Assembly: GCA_002697535.1 (NCBI GenBank)
Contig: NZWE01000012.1
Coordinates: 8,713 to 72,712, forward strand
Length of the DNA stretch: 64,000 bases
Reading direction: 5' to 3'
From: Actinomycetota bacterium
GTDB taxonomy: Bacteria > Margulisbacteria > Marinamargulisbacteria > GCA-2716485 > GCA-002719695
Below, piece by piece: positions 27,864-36,576 of this stretch (position 1 is its first letter; every line of letters begins with the position of its first letter). Both the position numbers and the translations under genes were made by a program. A model generated the notes under the pieces. The model was not told the origin of the DNA and did no database searches. It was given only the letters and a program-made list of their open reading frames with translations.

Positions 27864-28229
27864 ATGCAAACACCACCAGATAGAAAATCACCTACAAGTG
27901 TGATACCCCTTGATAGTGCGACGACAAGAAAAAACCCAACTATGACTTCTGAAAAACATGAGATACAAAAAGACGATCAAAATGCGATAAAAACAGGCAA
28001 TAAAAAAAGAAAAAGAGGCATATATAAACAGAATCCAGACTTATACAAATATATGAGTTGGGATGAGTATAATAAAAATTTTCTTGATCCAGCCCAAGAT
28101 CATGGATATCCCCCTGGTTTACCACTATACAACACAGAGACAGACGGCACTGCTAGTTCGACGCAAACAAAAGAACCAACAGCGAAAAAAGTAAGATCAA
28201 ACGACAGCATAGTTGATGCAGATCTTTGA
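27864..28229 (+). CDS. orphan disordered protein with KKRKR basic cluster
   Basis: Strong SD (TAAGGAG) 8 nt upstream of the ATG. 121 aa, P/T/K/D-rich. Contains GNKKRKRG and a second basic patch AKKVR. Confidence 0.6.
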   Translation: MQTPPDRKSPTSVIPLDSATTRKNPTMTSEKHEIQKDDQNAIKTGNKKRKRGIYKQNPDLYKYMSWDEYNKNFLDPAQDHGYPPGLPLYNTETDGTASSTQTKEPTAKKVRSNDSIVDADL

Positions 28230-28250
28230 TTGAAAACTTATCTGTAACCA

Positions 28251-29165
28251 CTATATTGTAATTAATTCATCATATAACAGTCTTAATTCGGGTACATCAC
28301 ATTGATTATCATTCGCTCTTTGAATGGCATTTCCTAAAATAGCATCCGTTTCAAGAGTTCTTCCTGCTTCCCAATCTAAACACATACTGGTTTTATAGGG
28401 TTTCATGGTTAGTGTATCGTCAATATTTTTTTTGATACTATCATCGCTAATCTTATAACCATCACTGGCAGCTAAGCGTTGAACATCTTTCATAATAGCT
28501 ATAATACGTTCCTTAATTACTTTATCAGCCAACAATTCCTGAGTTGTTTTTCCTTTGTAAATAACGGATAACGGGTTAAAGGGAGCATTCCAAATAAGTT
28601 TTTTATACCGTTCTAGCTGAATGGTATCAGATACCTTACAACTAATATCTGATGAATCAAATATAGCGGCAAACTCCGTTACATATTTGTGGGTTCCTTG
28701 CGGGTAAAGACCTAGAATTAAACGACCATAATCTTGATGGTGAATGGTTGCTGGCGCTATTTTAGCAACACATACAAACGCTAAACCACTTATCAGGGGG
28801 GTATCTGGATACATATGTTGATAAGCTGTTTCTATATGAATACCATTTTGTAATAAGACAAGACAGGTTTTTTTTCCAATCAACGGCTTAATATCTTGTA
28901 CTAATGATTGATTGGGTAACACCTTTGTAGTGATGACGATATAATCAGGTTGATTATTGACATCTTTAATTGAGCTGAAGACTTCTTTTGGATAAAAAAT
29001 TGATTCATCGTTATTTGGATGTATGATTCGAATGCCTTTTTTCTGAATTTCATCTTTATCAGATCGTGCAACACAACTTATTTCAACGGTATTACTAACA
29101 CATTTGGATGCATATAATGAGCCTATGGCACCCATTCCGATAAATAATATATTTTTGGGTTTCAT
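28251..29165 (-). CDS. panE: 2-dehydropantoate 2-reductase (ApbA/PanE family)
   Basis: N-terminal ILFIGMGAIGSLYA Rossmann motif and ketopantoate-reductase-like C-terminal domain. 304 aa. Confidence 0.75.
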   Translation of the reverse strand: MKPKNILFIGMGAIGSLYASKCVSNTVEISCVARSDKDEIQKKGIRIIHPNNDESIFYPKEVFSSIKDVNNQPDYIVITTKVLPNQSLVQDIKPLIGKKTCLVLLQNGIHIETAYQHMYPDTPLISGLAFVCVAKIAPATIHHQDYGRLILGLYPQGTHKYVTEFAAIFDSSDISCKVSDTIQLERYKKLIWNAPFNPLSVIYKGKTTQELLADKVIKERIIAIMKDVQRLAASDGYKISDDSIKKNIDDTLTMKPYKTSMCLDWEAGRTLETDAILGNAIQRANDNQCDVPELRLLYDELITI

Positions 29166-29183
29166 TACTACACTATAGGTTTA

Positions 29184-29999
29184 TTATTTTTTGTAAGTCA
29201 ATAAGCTCTCTAAAGTTTCTTCAATTTCACGTTCATGTTTTATCTTTCTATTTATTCTTCTTTCTTCTTTTTTTTCACTTTCTTCTCTTTTATTATTATA
29301 CTCTTGCATTCTAATATAGCGCATCCTTTTTTCTATTTCTTTTCTTGCTATCTGTACTTCTGGGGAAGGTTTTTTTAGCATATTTTCACACTGCTTTTCA
29401 AGGTCAGTAAATTTTAATCTACAGTTGCCCCTCCTTCGGTTCCCAATGAGTTTATAATGGTTCCAAATGCGTGTATAATAATTTTCCAACTTTTGATTAA
29501 ACTTTATTATATTTTTAAAAACATTATCTCGAGTATCAAGACATATCAAATATTGTTTATTCTCTCTTAATCTTTGAAAAGGACATACATCTTTCCTACT
29601 ATCTGCTCCAACGAATATGGGTCTATTTTCACTCTTTAAATCCTCATTTGTTATATTATAAACATCCTGTAGCTTAAGAGGTAACTGAACATCATATTGT
29701 ACTAAACATATCTCTATATAAGGTAAAAATGTCTTTTCATAATAATTTTCAAATTCTAATACTAAATCTTGTTTTGATTTACTTTTAACAACAACAGATA
29801 GAATTTGATCTAAACGTTTTAATTGATCTGCTGCTTTCGATTCGTCAAAGATCATTTGCTTGAAAACTTCATCTATACGTGTCAAGAAGATTTTTACATC
29901 ATTGTTTTGAATTTGACCAATTCTAGCTAAACTTACACCGCTAGCATGCATTCTAGCTAAACTTACATAGCTATCTTGATTATATACTCCTTGGCTCAT
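29184..29999 (-). CDS. orphan hypothetical protein (271 aa)
   Basis: Long ORF with a K/E/R-rich C-terminal tail. The N-terminus carries a duplicated SLAR(M/I) segment encoded by an 18-bp direct repeat. No motif recognised. Confidence 0.55.
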   Translation of the reverse strand: MSQGVYNQDSYVSLARMHASGVSLARIGQIQNNDVKIFLTRIDEVFKQMIFDESKAADQLKRLDQILSVVVKSKSKQDLVLEFENYYEKTFLPYIEICLVQYDVQLPLKLQDVYNITNEDLKSENRPIFVGADSRKDVCPFQRLRENKQYLICLDTRDNVFKNIIKFNQKLENYYTRIWNHYKLIGNRRRGNCRLKFTDLEKQCENMLKKPSPEVQIARKEIEKRMRYIRMQEYNNKREESEKKEERRINRKIKHEREIEETLESLLTYKK

Positions 30000-30117
30000 C
30001 TACAACTTCTATTTTTATAAAATTTTATATTTTTTTTTTTAACAAACAAACTACCAAAACCATTGTATCAAATATCTTTTTAATATTTAATTACTTATTT
30101 TTTATAGATAATAATTA

Positions 30118-30657
30118 TTATTTAGTTACTTGATGATGTCTTGCTAAGCCTACATACTTTGCAGCCCAGCGTTTATTTTCTTCGTACTTATCTTGTGAGT
30201 ATTGTTTAATCTGTTTGGCTGGCACACCCGCCCATAAAGTATTTTCTTCTACCAAAGTGCCTTCTTTTATGACAGCACCGGCTCCAATCGTGGCACCTTT
30301 CTTAATAATAGCTCCGTTTAAAATGATCGCACCCATCCCAATCAAAACACCATCTTCTATCCTACAGGCATGCAAAATAGCACGATGCCCTACCGTTACA
30401 TCATCACCTATAATACAAGGCAAATCATTTTCTACATGAATGCAGCTTAAATCTTGAATGTTGCTCCGTTTACCAATTGTTATGTTATTAATATCGCCTC
30501 TTAGTACGGATCCATACCAAATGGACGAGTCATCTCCAATACTTACATCGCCAACAATGGTAGTTTGATTGGCTATAAAAACCGTTTTGTTAAAAGATGG
30601 CTTTTCTGTTTGAATTTTATCATTTAAATGTGTTTTATCTTTCATAGTCTTATACAA
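30118..30657 (-). CDS. gamma-carbonic-anhydrase-like / hexapeptide-repeat (LbH) protein
   Basis: Left-handed beta-helix hexapeptide repeats with VGHRAILHAC, as in the YrdA/PaaY-type family. 179 aa. Confidence 0.85.
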   Translation of the reverse strand: MYKTMKDKTHLNDKIQTEKPSFNKTVFIANQTTIVGDVSIGDDSSIWYGSVLRGDINNITIGKRSNIQDLSCIHVENDLPCIIGDDVTVGHRAILHACRIEDGVLIGMGAIILNGAIIKKGATIGAGAVIKEGTLVEENTLWAGVPAKQIKQYSQDKYEENKRWAAKYVGLARHHQVTK

Positions 30658-30770
30658 TAAGCTTACTATATACTAGTTTTTTTCTAAATAAACTTCTTTT
30701 TAGCTTTTTCAATTTCATGATATAATTAGTTATATTTACATAATATTTTTTTTTAAGAAGGGTATGAATC

Positions 30771-31466
30771 ATGTCAGAAAAAAACAAAGATGAATTTGAG
30801 CATAATGATGGACTGGGAGATCTTCTTAGAGAACGTGAAAAATTAGAATTTAGTTGGTCAAAAACAATTGTTATATTATGTAGCTTATTTGCCGTAGTTA
30901 TTGTAGGGATTTATTTCATTTTCAATATAGGAAGAAGTGTTATTCAAACAGAAATTAAAGATACAATTTCTTCTAGCAAAGTAGCTTCTAAAAAACCTGC
31001 TAGTAAGATAGTAAAAAAAATTCAACCTGTTAAAGAATCTGTTATTGCAAACAAAACAAACAAAAAAACTCCAGCAAAACAGACAAAGGCTAAAAAAATA
31101 GCTAAGGAAGTTATCTCAAAAAAACCAAAAAGGGTTGTTTCACGATCTGTTCCAAAAAAGATTGAAAAAAAGATAAAAATAGCGGCTAATACAAGCCCTA
31201 AAAAAAAGGTATCACGTACAAATGAACGATTACAGAACACGAGTTACAAAGTAATCACCGGCACATTTAGTAATTATGATAATGCTATTGCTCACCTTGA
31301 TACTTTAAAATCAAATGGTATAAAAGGGTTTGTAAAAGAATCTAAAACATCACTAGGCTCTACGTTTAGAGTACAAGTAGGTGCTTATACATCAAGAGAT
31401 AGTGCCTTAAGACAACAAGTCAAATTAAATCTGATAGATATTGATTCTTACATATATCAAGAATAA
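30771..31466 (+). CDS. SPOR-domain membrane protein
   Basis: N-terminal TM segment, K-rich linker and a C-terminal ~75-aa SPOR-like domain (YKVITGTFSNYDNAIAHL...FRVQVGAYTSRDSA). Confidence 0.7.
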   Translation: MSEKNKDEFEHNDGLGDLLREREKLEFSWSKTIVILCSLFAVVIVGIYFIFNIGRSVIQTEIKDTISSSKVASKKPASKIVKKIQPVKESVIANKTNKKTPAKQTKAKKIAKEVISKKPKRVVSRSVPKKIEKKIKIAANTSPKKKVSRTNERLQNTSYKVITGTFSNYDNAIAHLDTLKSNGIKGFVKESKTSLGSTFRVQVGAYTSRDSALRQQVKLNLIDIDSYIYQE

Positions 31467-32045
31467 TTGATAAAAAATTCTTATCTGTTACTAGCATCAA
31501 ATTCTCCACGTCGTGCTCAGATCTTAAAAAAATTTGGTTATACATTCACTGTTACATCCCATCATTTTGATGAAGATAGTTTAGACCCTAATGATTTTTT
31601 ATCTCCTAGAAATTATGTAAGGTTTCTTGCTAAATCTAAGGCTCACTCTATTAAATGTTCTTCATACAACCTGATTCTTTCAGCTGATACTATCGTTGTT
31701 TTTAACAACATTATTTTTAATAAACCTACAAATCGAGACCAAGCCTTTTCTTTTCTTTCTCAATTACAAGGATCTACTCATCAGGTTATATCTGCGTTTT
31801 GTTTATATGATAGGCTGCATTGCCGAACTACAATTCGATCTGCGTTATCTAATGTTACATTTAATACCTTAACAGACTCACAACTTTATAATTACATTGA
31901 CACATACCAACCATTTGATAAAGCAGGTGCTTATGGGATTCAAGAATGCCCGTCTTATTTTATAGCTTCCTATACCGGCTCTATTTATACCATCATGGGA
32001 TTGCCCATTTATTTATTCAACACAACAATTAAGGATAGTCATTAG
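31467..32045 (+). CDS. maf: Maf-like nucleoside-triphosphate pyrophosphatase
   Basis: LLASNSPRRAQIL N-terminus and DKAGAYGIQ motif. TTG start. Lies upstream of mreB. Confidence 0.85.
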   Translation: MIKNSYLLLASNSPRRAQILKKFGYTFTVTSHHFDEDSLDPNDFLSPRNYVRFLAKSKAHSIKCSSYNLILSADTIVVFNNIIFNKPTNRDQAFSFLSQLQGSTHQVISAFCLYDRLHCRTTIRSALSNVTFNTLTDSQLYNYIDTYQPFDKAGAYGIQECPSYFIASYTGSIYTIMGLPIYLFNTTIKDSH

Positions 32046-32071
32046 GTAAGCCTTTCGTTATAATAAATCTT

Positions 32072-33118
32072 ATGTTTAAACGATTACGGAATATGTTTGT
32101 CAGCGAAGGTATTGGAATTGATCTAGGTACTCGTAATACCGTTGTTTATTCGCCTGGTAATGGTATCGTTCTAAGTGAACCGTCCATGGTTGCCATCGAT
32201 AAAGAATCAGGCTCTGTTATGGCTACAGGATATGAAGCTTATAATATGGTAGGTCGAACGCCTGGCAATATCATTGCTGTTCGTCCTATGAAAGATGGCG
32301 TTATTGCTGATTTTTCTATTACTGAAAAAATGGTAGATGCTTTTGTTAACAAAGTGAATGTAAAACCTTTTTTAAAACGTCCTCGTATTTTAATTGGAAT
32401 TCCTTGGGGGATTACCAATGTAGAAAAACGCGCTGTCGCTGATGCTGCTTTAAAAGCGGGTGCTGGGGAGTCATTACTGATTGAAGAACCCATGGCCGCG
32501 GCTATAGGCTCTGGCATTGATGTCCGCCTTCCTCAAGGAAAACTGATTGTTGATATTGGGGGTGGTACAACTGAAGTAGCTGTTATTTCCTTATCTGGTA
32601 TTGTTGTTTGTAAATCGATTCGTGTTGCGGGGGATGAATTTGATGATGCTATTATTCAGCATTGTCGTCAACACTATAATCTCTTGATTGGTGATCGTAT
32701 GGCTGAACGTATTAAAATTGAAATTGGGTCAGCATTTCCTTTTGAAGAAGAAAAAAATATGGTTGTTAAAGGACGTGACCTTGTTAGTGGTTTACCTAAA
32801 ACGTTTACTATATCCTCTTATGAAATTCGCGATGCTTTAGCTGAACCTATCTCTGCTATCGTATCTACGATTCGATCAACCTTAGAAGAAACACCTCCTG
32901 AACTATCAGGTGATATTATGAGTGAAGGTATTCTTATGACGGGTGGTGGTTCTTTATTGTATGGTATTTGTCAATGTATCGAAAATGAAACTAAAATTCG
33001 TGTTAACCGTGCTGAAGATCCTTTAACCTGTGTTGCGGATGGAACTGGTAAAGTTCTAGAAGATCCTGACTTAATGTCTCATGTTAGTTCAACCATTTCT
33101 CATATTCACTCTTTTTAA
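32072..33118 (+). CDS. mreB: rod-shape-determining actin homologue MreB
   Basis: GIDLGTRNT, DIGGGTTEVAV and MTGGGSLL phosphate/adenosine motifs. 348 aa. Confidence 0.92.
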   Translation: MFKRLRNMFVSEGIGIDLGTRNTVVYSPGNGIVLSEPSMVAIDKESGSVMATGYEAYNMVGRTPGNIIAVRPMKDGVIADFSITEKMVDAFVNKVNVKPFLKRPRILIGIPWGITNVEKRAVADAALKAGAGESLLIEEPMAAAIGSGIDVRLPQGKLIVDIGGGTTEVAVISLSGIVVCKSIRVAGDEFDDAIIQHCRQHYNLLIGDRMAERIKIEIGSAFPFEEEKNMVVKGRDLVSGLPKTFTISSYEIRDALAEPISAIVSTIRSTLEETPPELSGDIMSEGILMTGGGSLLYGICQCIENETKIRVNRAEDPLTCVADGTGKVLEDPDLMSHVSSTISHIHSF

Positions 33119-33188
33119 CAATATGTCTTTTATCCCGTCCTTTTTTGCTATAAACTTTATATAGTATAAAAACGTAAAGGAATACGCT

Positions 33189-34181
33189 GTGATTGAAATA
33201 CTGAATTCGATAAAAACTGACTCCATTTCTAAAATTAATGAAATTGATTCTCTTCATGAACTTGATCAATTAAAATCCTTTTTATTAGGTAAGAAAAGTC
33301 CATTAATGGATGTTTTAAAAGATATTCCTAAAATACCTGTTGAAGAGCGTCCTATTATTGGTAAGCAAGCCAATCAATTAAAGCAAGATCTTACTCACCG
33401 GATAAATGAAAAACGTGATGAATTAATTAGCAAAGAACGCGATATTTTTTTAAATCAAGATCAAACGGATACTAGTTTACCAACCTCAGGATTACCGAAA
33501 GGTACTTATCACCCTATTACAACGGTTACAAAACTAGTATGTTCTATTTTAAATCGTTATGGGTATGCTATTAAACAGGGTCCTAATATTGAAACTGACT
33601 TTAATAATTTTGAAGCTCTTAATATCGCGCCCAATCATCCGGCACGAGATATGCATGATACGTTTTATTTAAAAAACAAAATGGTATTACGTACACATAC
33701 TTCTCCTGTTCAAATTCGAACTATGTTAGACCAAGAGCCCCCTATTAAAATGATAGCGCCTGGCAAAGTCTATCGATGTGATGCAGATGTGAGCCATTCT
33801 CCTGTTTTTCATCAAGTTGAGGGCTTATATGTTAATGAAAATGTTACCTTTGCTGATCTTAAAGGAACCTTAGAATCCTTTTTACGTGAATTATTTGGTA
33901 ATGATCATGATATTCGTTTTCGTTCTAGTTATTTCCCTTTTACAGAACCCTCTGTGGAAGTTGATGTTTCTTATACGATTAACGGAAAAACAACATGGTT
34001 AGAAATTATGGGTGCAGGTATGGTGCAACGCAATGTATTTCGTCATGTTTCTTATGATCCAGATCGTTATACAGGGTTTGCTTTTGGACTTGGTATTGAA
34101 CGTATCGCCATGATTCTTTATGAAATTGATAATATTCGCTTATTTTATGAAAATGATAACCGGTTTCTGAACCAATTCTGA
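33189..34181 (+). CDS. pheS: phenylalanine--tRNA ligase alpha subunit
   Basis: Class II motifs (HPARDMHDTFY, FRSSYFPFTEPS, GFAFGLGIERI). GTG start. Confidence 0.92.
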   Translation: MIEILNSIKTDSISKINEIDSLHELDQLKSFLLGKKSPLMDVLKDIPKIPVEERPIIGKQANQLKQDLTHRINEKRDELISKERDIFLNQDQTDTSLPTSGLPKGTYHPITTVTKLVCSILNRYGYAIKQGPNIETDFNNFEALNIAPNHPARDMHDTFYLKNKMVLRTHTSPVQIRTMLDQEPPIKMIAPGKVYRCDADVSHSPVFHQVEGLYVNENVTFADLKGTLESFLRELFGNDHDIRFRSSYFPFTEPSVEVDVSYTINGKTTWLEIMGAGMVQRNVFRHVSYDPDRYTGFAFGLGIERIAMILYEIDNIRLFYENDNRFLNQF

Positions 34182-34197
34182 TGTATAAGGAGATCGT

Positions 34198-36576
34198 ATG
34201 AAATTCCCATTATCTTGGCTACGTGATTATGTAACAATTAATTGTTCGGTTGATGACTTGATGGATAAGTTAACGATGGCCGGTTTAGAGGTAGAGCAAT
34301 CGGATTCTATTGGTGATTCACTAACGGGTATCATTACCGGGCGCATTGACTCCATTACCAAACACCCAGATGCTGATAAACTTGTTATTACGTCTATCTT
34401 TGATGGCAAGAATCATCATCAAATTGTAACGGGAGCCGCTAATATTTCAGAGGGAGATATTGTTCCTGTTAGCTTGCCAGGAGCTGTTCTTGCTAATGGT
34501 ATGGCTATTAAATCAACCCAATTACGTGGAGTTCAATCGGATGGCATGTTATGTTCCGAAGCTGAATGTGGCATTACTGAGGAATCAAGTGGCATTTGGA
34601 TTTTACCTCCAGATACTGCTCTTGGAATTGATTTTGTTTCTTTTGCAATGCTTAAGGATGTCGTTCTTGATATTTCTATCTTACCTAATCGTGGTGATTG
34701 TCAAAGTATGATCGGCTTAGCTCGAGAAATAGCCGCTATTACGAATCAATCCTTTTCTTTACCTAGCATTACATTAAAAGAATCAGCTATTAACCATTCC
34801 TATACGGTTACATCTAATAGTGACTTATGTCCTCTTTATGTTGGTCGTTATGTTACATCTTTAACGAATGGAAAATCACCTTTATGGATGCAACGTCGGC
34901 TACAGTTATGTGGGATTCGTCCTATTTCTACTATTGTCGATATAACCAACTATGTTTTACTTGAAACGGGTCACCCTTTACATGCTTTTGATGATCGTTT
35001 ATGCCACAAAAAAACATTTACTATCCAAGAAGCATCAGAACCCACATCTATGACAACCTTAGATGGTCAATCACGTACATTAAGCAAACAACAGCTTCTT
35101 ATTATGGAAGCTGATAAACCTGTTGCTGTTGCAGGTATTATGGGAGGTCAGGATACAGAAGTATCTATTGATACCTCGGATATCTTTTTAGAAGCCGCTT
35201 ATTTTGATCCAACATCGGTTAGACGAACCGCTACCTCCTTAGGATTACGAACAGAAAGTTCTATTCGCTTTGAAAAAGGAGTAGCTGCTGACACTGTTGA
35301 TTATGCCTCGCAACGTGCTTGTGCACTTTTAATAGAATTAGCAGGTGGAGCTTTATCTAAGAATGTTGTTATTTCGAAACATGATAAACATCCTTGCTTT
35401 CAACAAAAATTGATTCCTTTTTCTTTAACTCAACTTAATACATTTTTAGGATCTAACGTTTCACAAAAACAAGTTGAAACAGTTCTAACACCTCTGGGCT
35501 TTATCTTTAACAAGGATACGTTATCTGTTCCAAGTTGGCGTTCTCATGATATTACAGAATGGCCTTGTATTGCTGAAGAAATTGCTCGTCTTATTGGTTT
35601 TGATGCTATCCAATCTACGTTACCAAATAGTTTACCTATTCAAGATACCGATGATCCTATCGTTGATCTTATTGAATCAGCACAGGATTTCTTTGTCTCT
35701 AATGGATTTAATGAAGTTAATAGTTACCCTATGATAGCTGAAAATGACTTAACTATTATGGATTTAGGTACTAAGGAAACTTGGAATGAACTGGCTAATC
35801 CAATCTCTCCTCAACTCTCTGTTATGAGACCCTCGTTACTCCCTTCTTTATTACCCTTAATTGCTTATCACACAACACGCCAACTTCCCAATCAAGCAAT
35901 CTTTGAAGTAGGCCGTACGTTTCATAAAGATTATGAATTAACATCATTAGCAATTGCTATTAGTGGTAAACGTGATTTATCTGCCTATACACCGGCTGAA
36001 CGTGAATTAGAAACAGATATCTTTGGTTATCTTAGTCATACTTGCACTCGATTTTTTCAACAGTTGGGACTTTCTGTTACCTTAAAGCCCGATTCTAAGC
36101 ATAGCTCTAAATGGAAACATCCTCATCTTAACTATCTTATTTATAGCAATAAAACATGCCTTGGCGGTTTATCACACATTCATCCTACTATTCTTGATCA
36201 TTATTGTATTAAAGAACCTGTTGTTTATCTGGATATTAACTTAACAGCATTATTAGATCGTATTAACCAACCTAAAACCTATCAACCATTTTCGCGTTAC
36301 CCATCTATTCGGCGTGATATTGCTTTATGTGTACCCGATACACTTTCATTTAATGACATTATGGATGTTGTTACCAAGTTTAAACATAAGTCGGTGCTTA
36401 AAACCGGTGTTTTTGATGTCTTTGAATCAGAAACATTAGCTCCTTATACTCGTAGTATTGGTATTTATCTAATTTATCAATCGATGACAGAAACGTTATC
36501 TGACGATACAGTAAATGCTAATCATCAGCGCTTATGTGATCGTCTTACCGAATCATTACCCATACAAATTCGCTAA
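34198..36576 (+). CDS. pheT: phenylalanine--tRNA ligase beta subunit
   Basis: N-terminal MKFPLSWLRDY plus tRNA-binding, B3/4, B5 and FDX-ACB-like regions. 792 aa. Confidence 0.92.
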   Translation: MKFPLSWLRDYVTINCSVDDLMDKLTMAGLEVEQSDSIGDSLTGIITGRIDSITKHPDADKLVITSIFDGKNHHQIVTGAANISEGDIVPVSLPGAVLANGMAIKSTQLRGVQSDGMLCSEAECGITEESSGIWILPPDTALGIDFVSFAMLKDVVLDISILPNRGDCQSMIGLAREIAAITNQSFSLPSITLKESAINHSYTVTSNSDLCPLYVGRYVTSLTNGKSPLWMQRRLQLCGIRPISTIVDITNYVLLETGHPLHAFDDRLCHKKTFTIQEASEPTSMTTLDGQSRTLSKQQLLIMEADKPVAVAGIMGGQDTEVSIDTSDIFLEAAYFDPTSVRRTATSLGLRTESSIRFEKGVAADTVDYASQRACALLIELAGGALSKNVVISKHDKHPCFQQKLIPFSLTQLNTFLGSNVSQKQVETVLTPLGFIFNKDTLSVPSWRSHDITEWPCIAEEIARLIGFDAIQSTLPNSLPIQDTDDPIVDLIESAQDFFVSNGFNEVNSYPMIAENDLTIMDLGTKETWNELANPISPQLSVMRPSLLPSLLPLIAYHTTRQLPNQAIFEVGRTFHKDYELTSLAIAISGKRDLSAYTPAERELETDIFGYLSHTCTRFFQQLGLSVTLKPDSKHSSKWKHPHLNYLIYSNKTCLGGLSHIHPTILDHYCIKEPVVYLDINLTALLDRINQPKTYQPFSRYPSIRRDIALCVPDTLSFNDIMDVVTKFKHKSVLKTGVFDVFESETLAPYTRSIGIYLIYQSMTETLSDDTVNANHQRLCDRLTESLPIQIR

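Noticed and set aside
33084-33269. Track ORFs spanning gene ends or intergenic DNA: 33084-33269 (minus), 39542-39754 (plus), 50664-50849 (minus).
   Set aside because: They overlap the termini of well-supported genes (mreB/pheS, DJ-1, DUF2779-like/prc). They have low-complexity F/I/Y/K composition from AT-rich spacer DNA and no SD.
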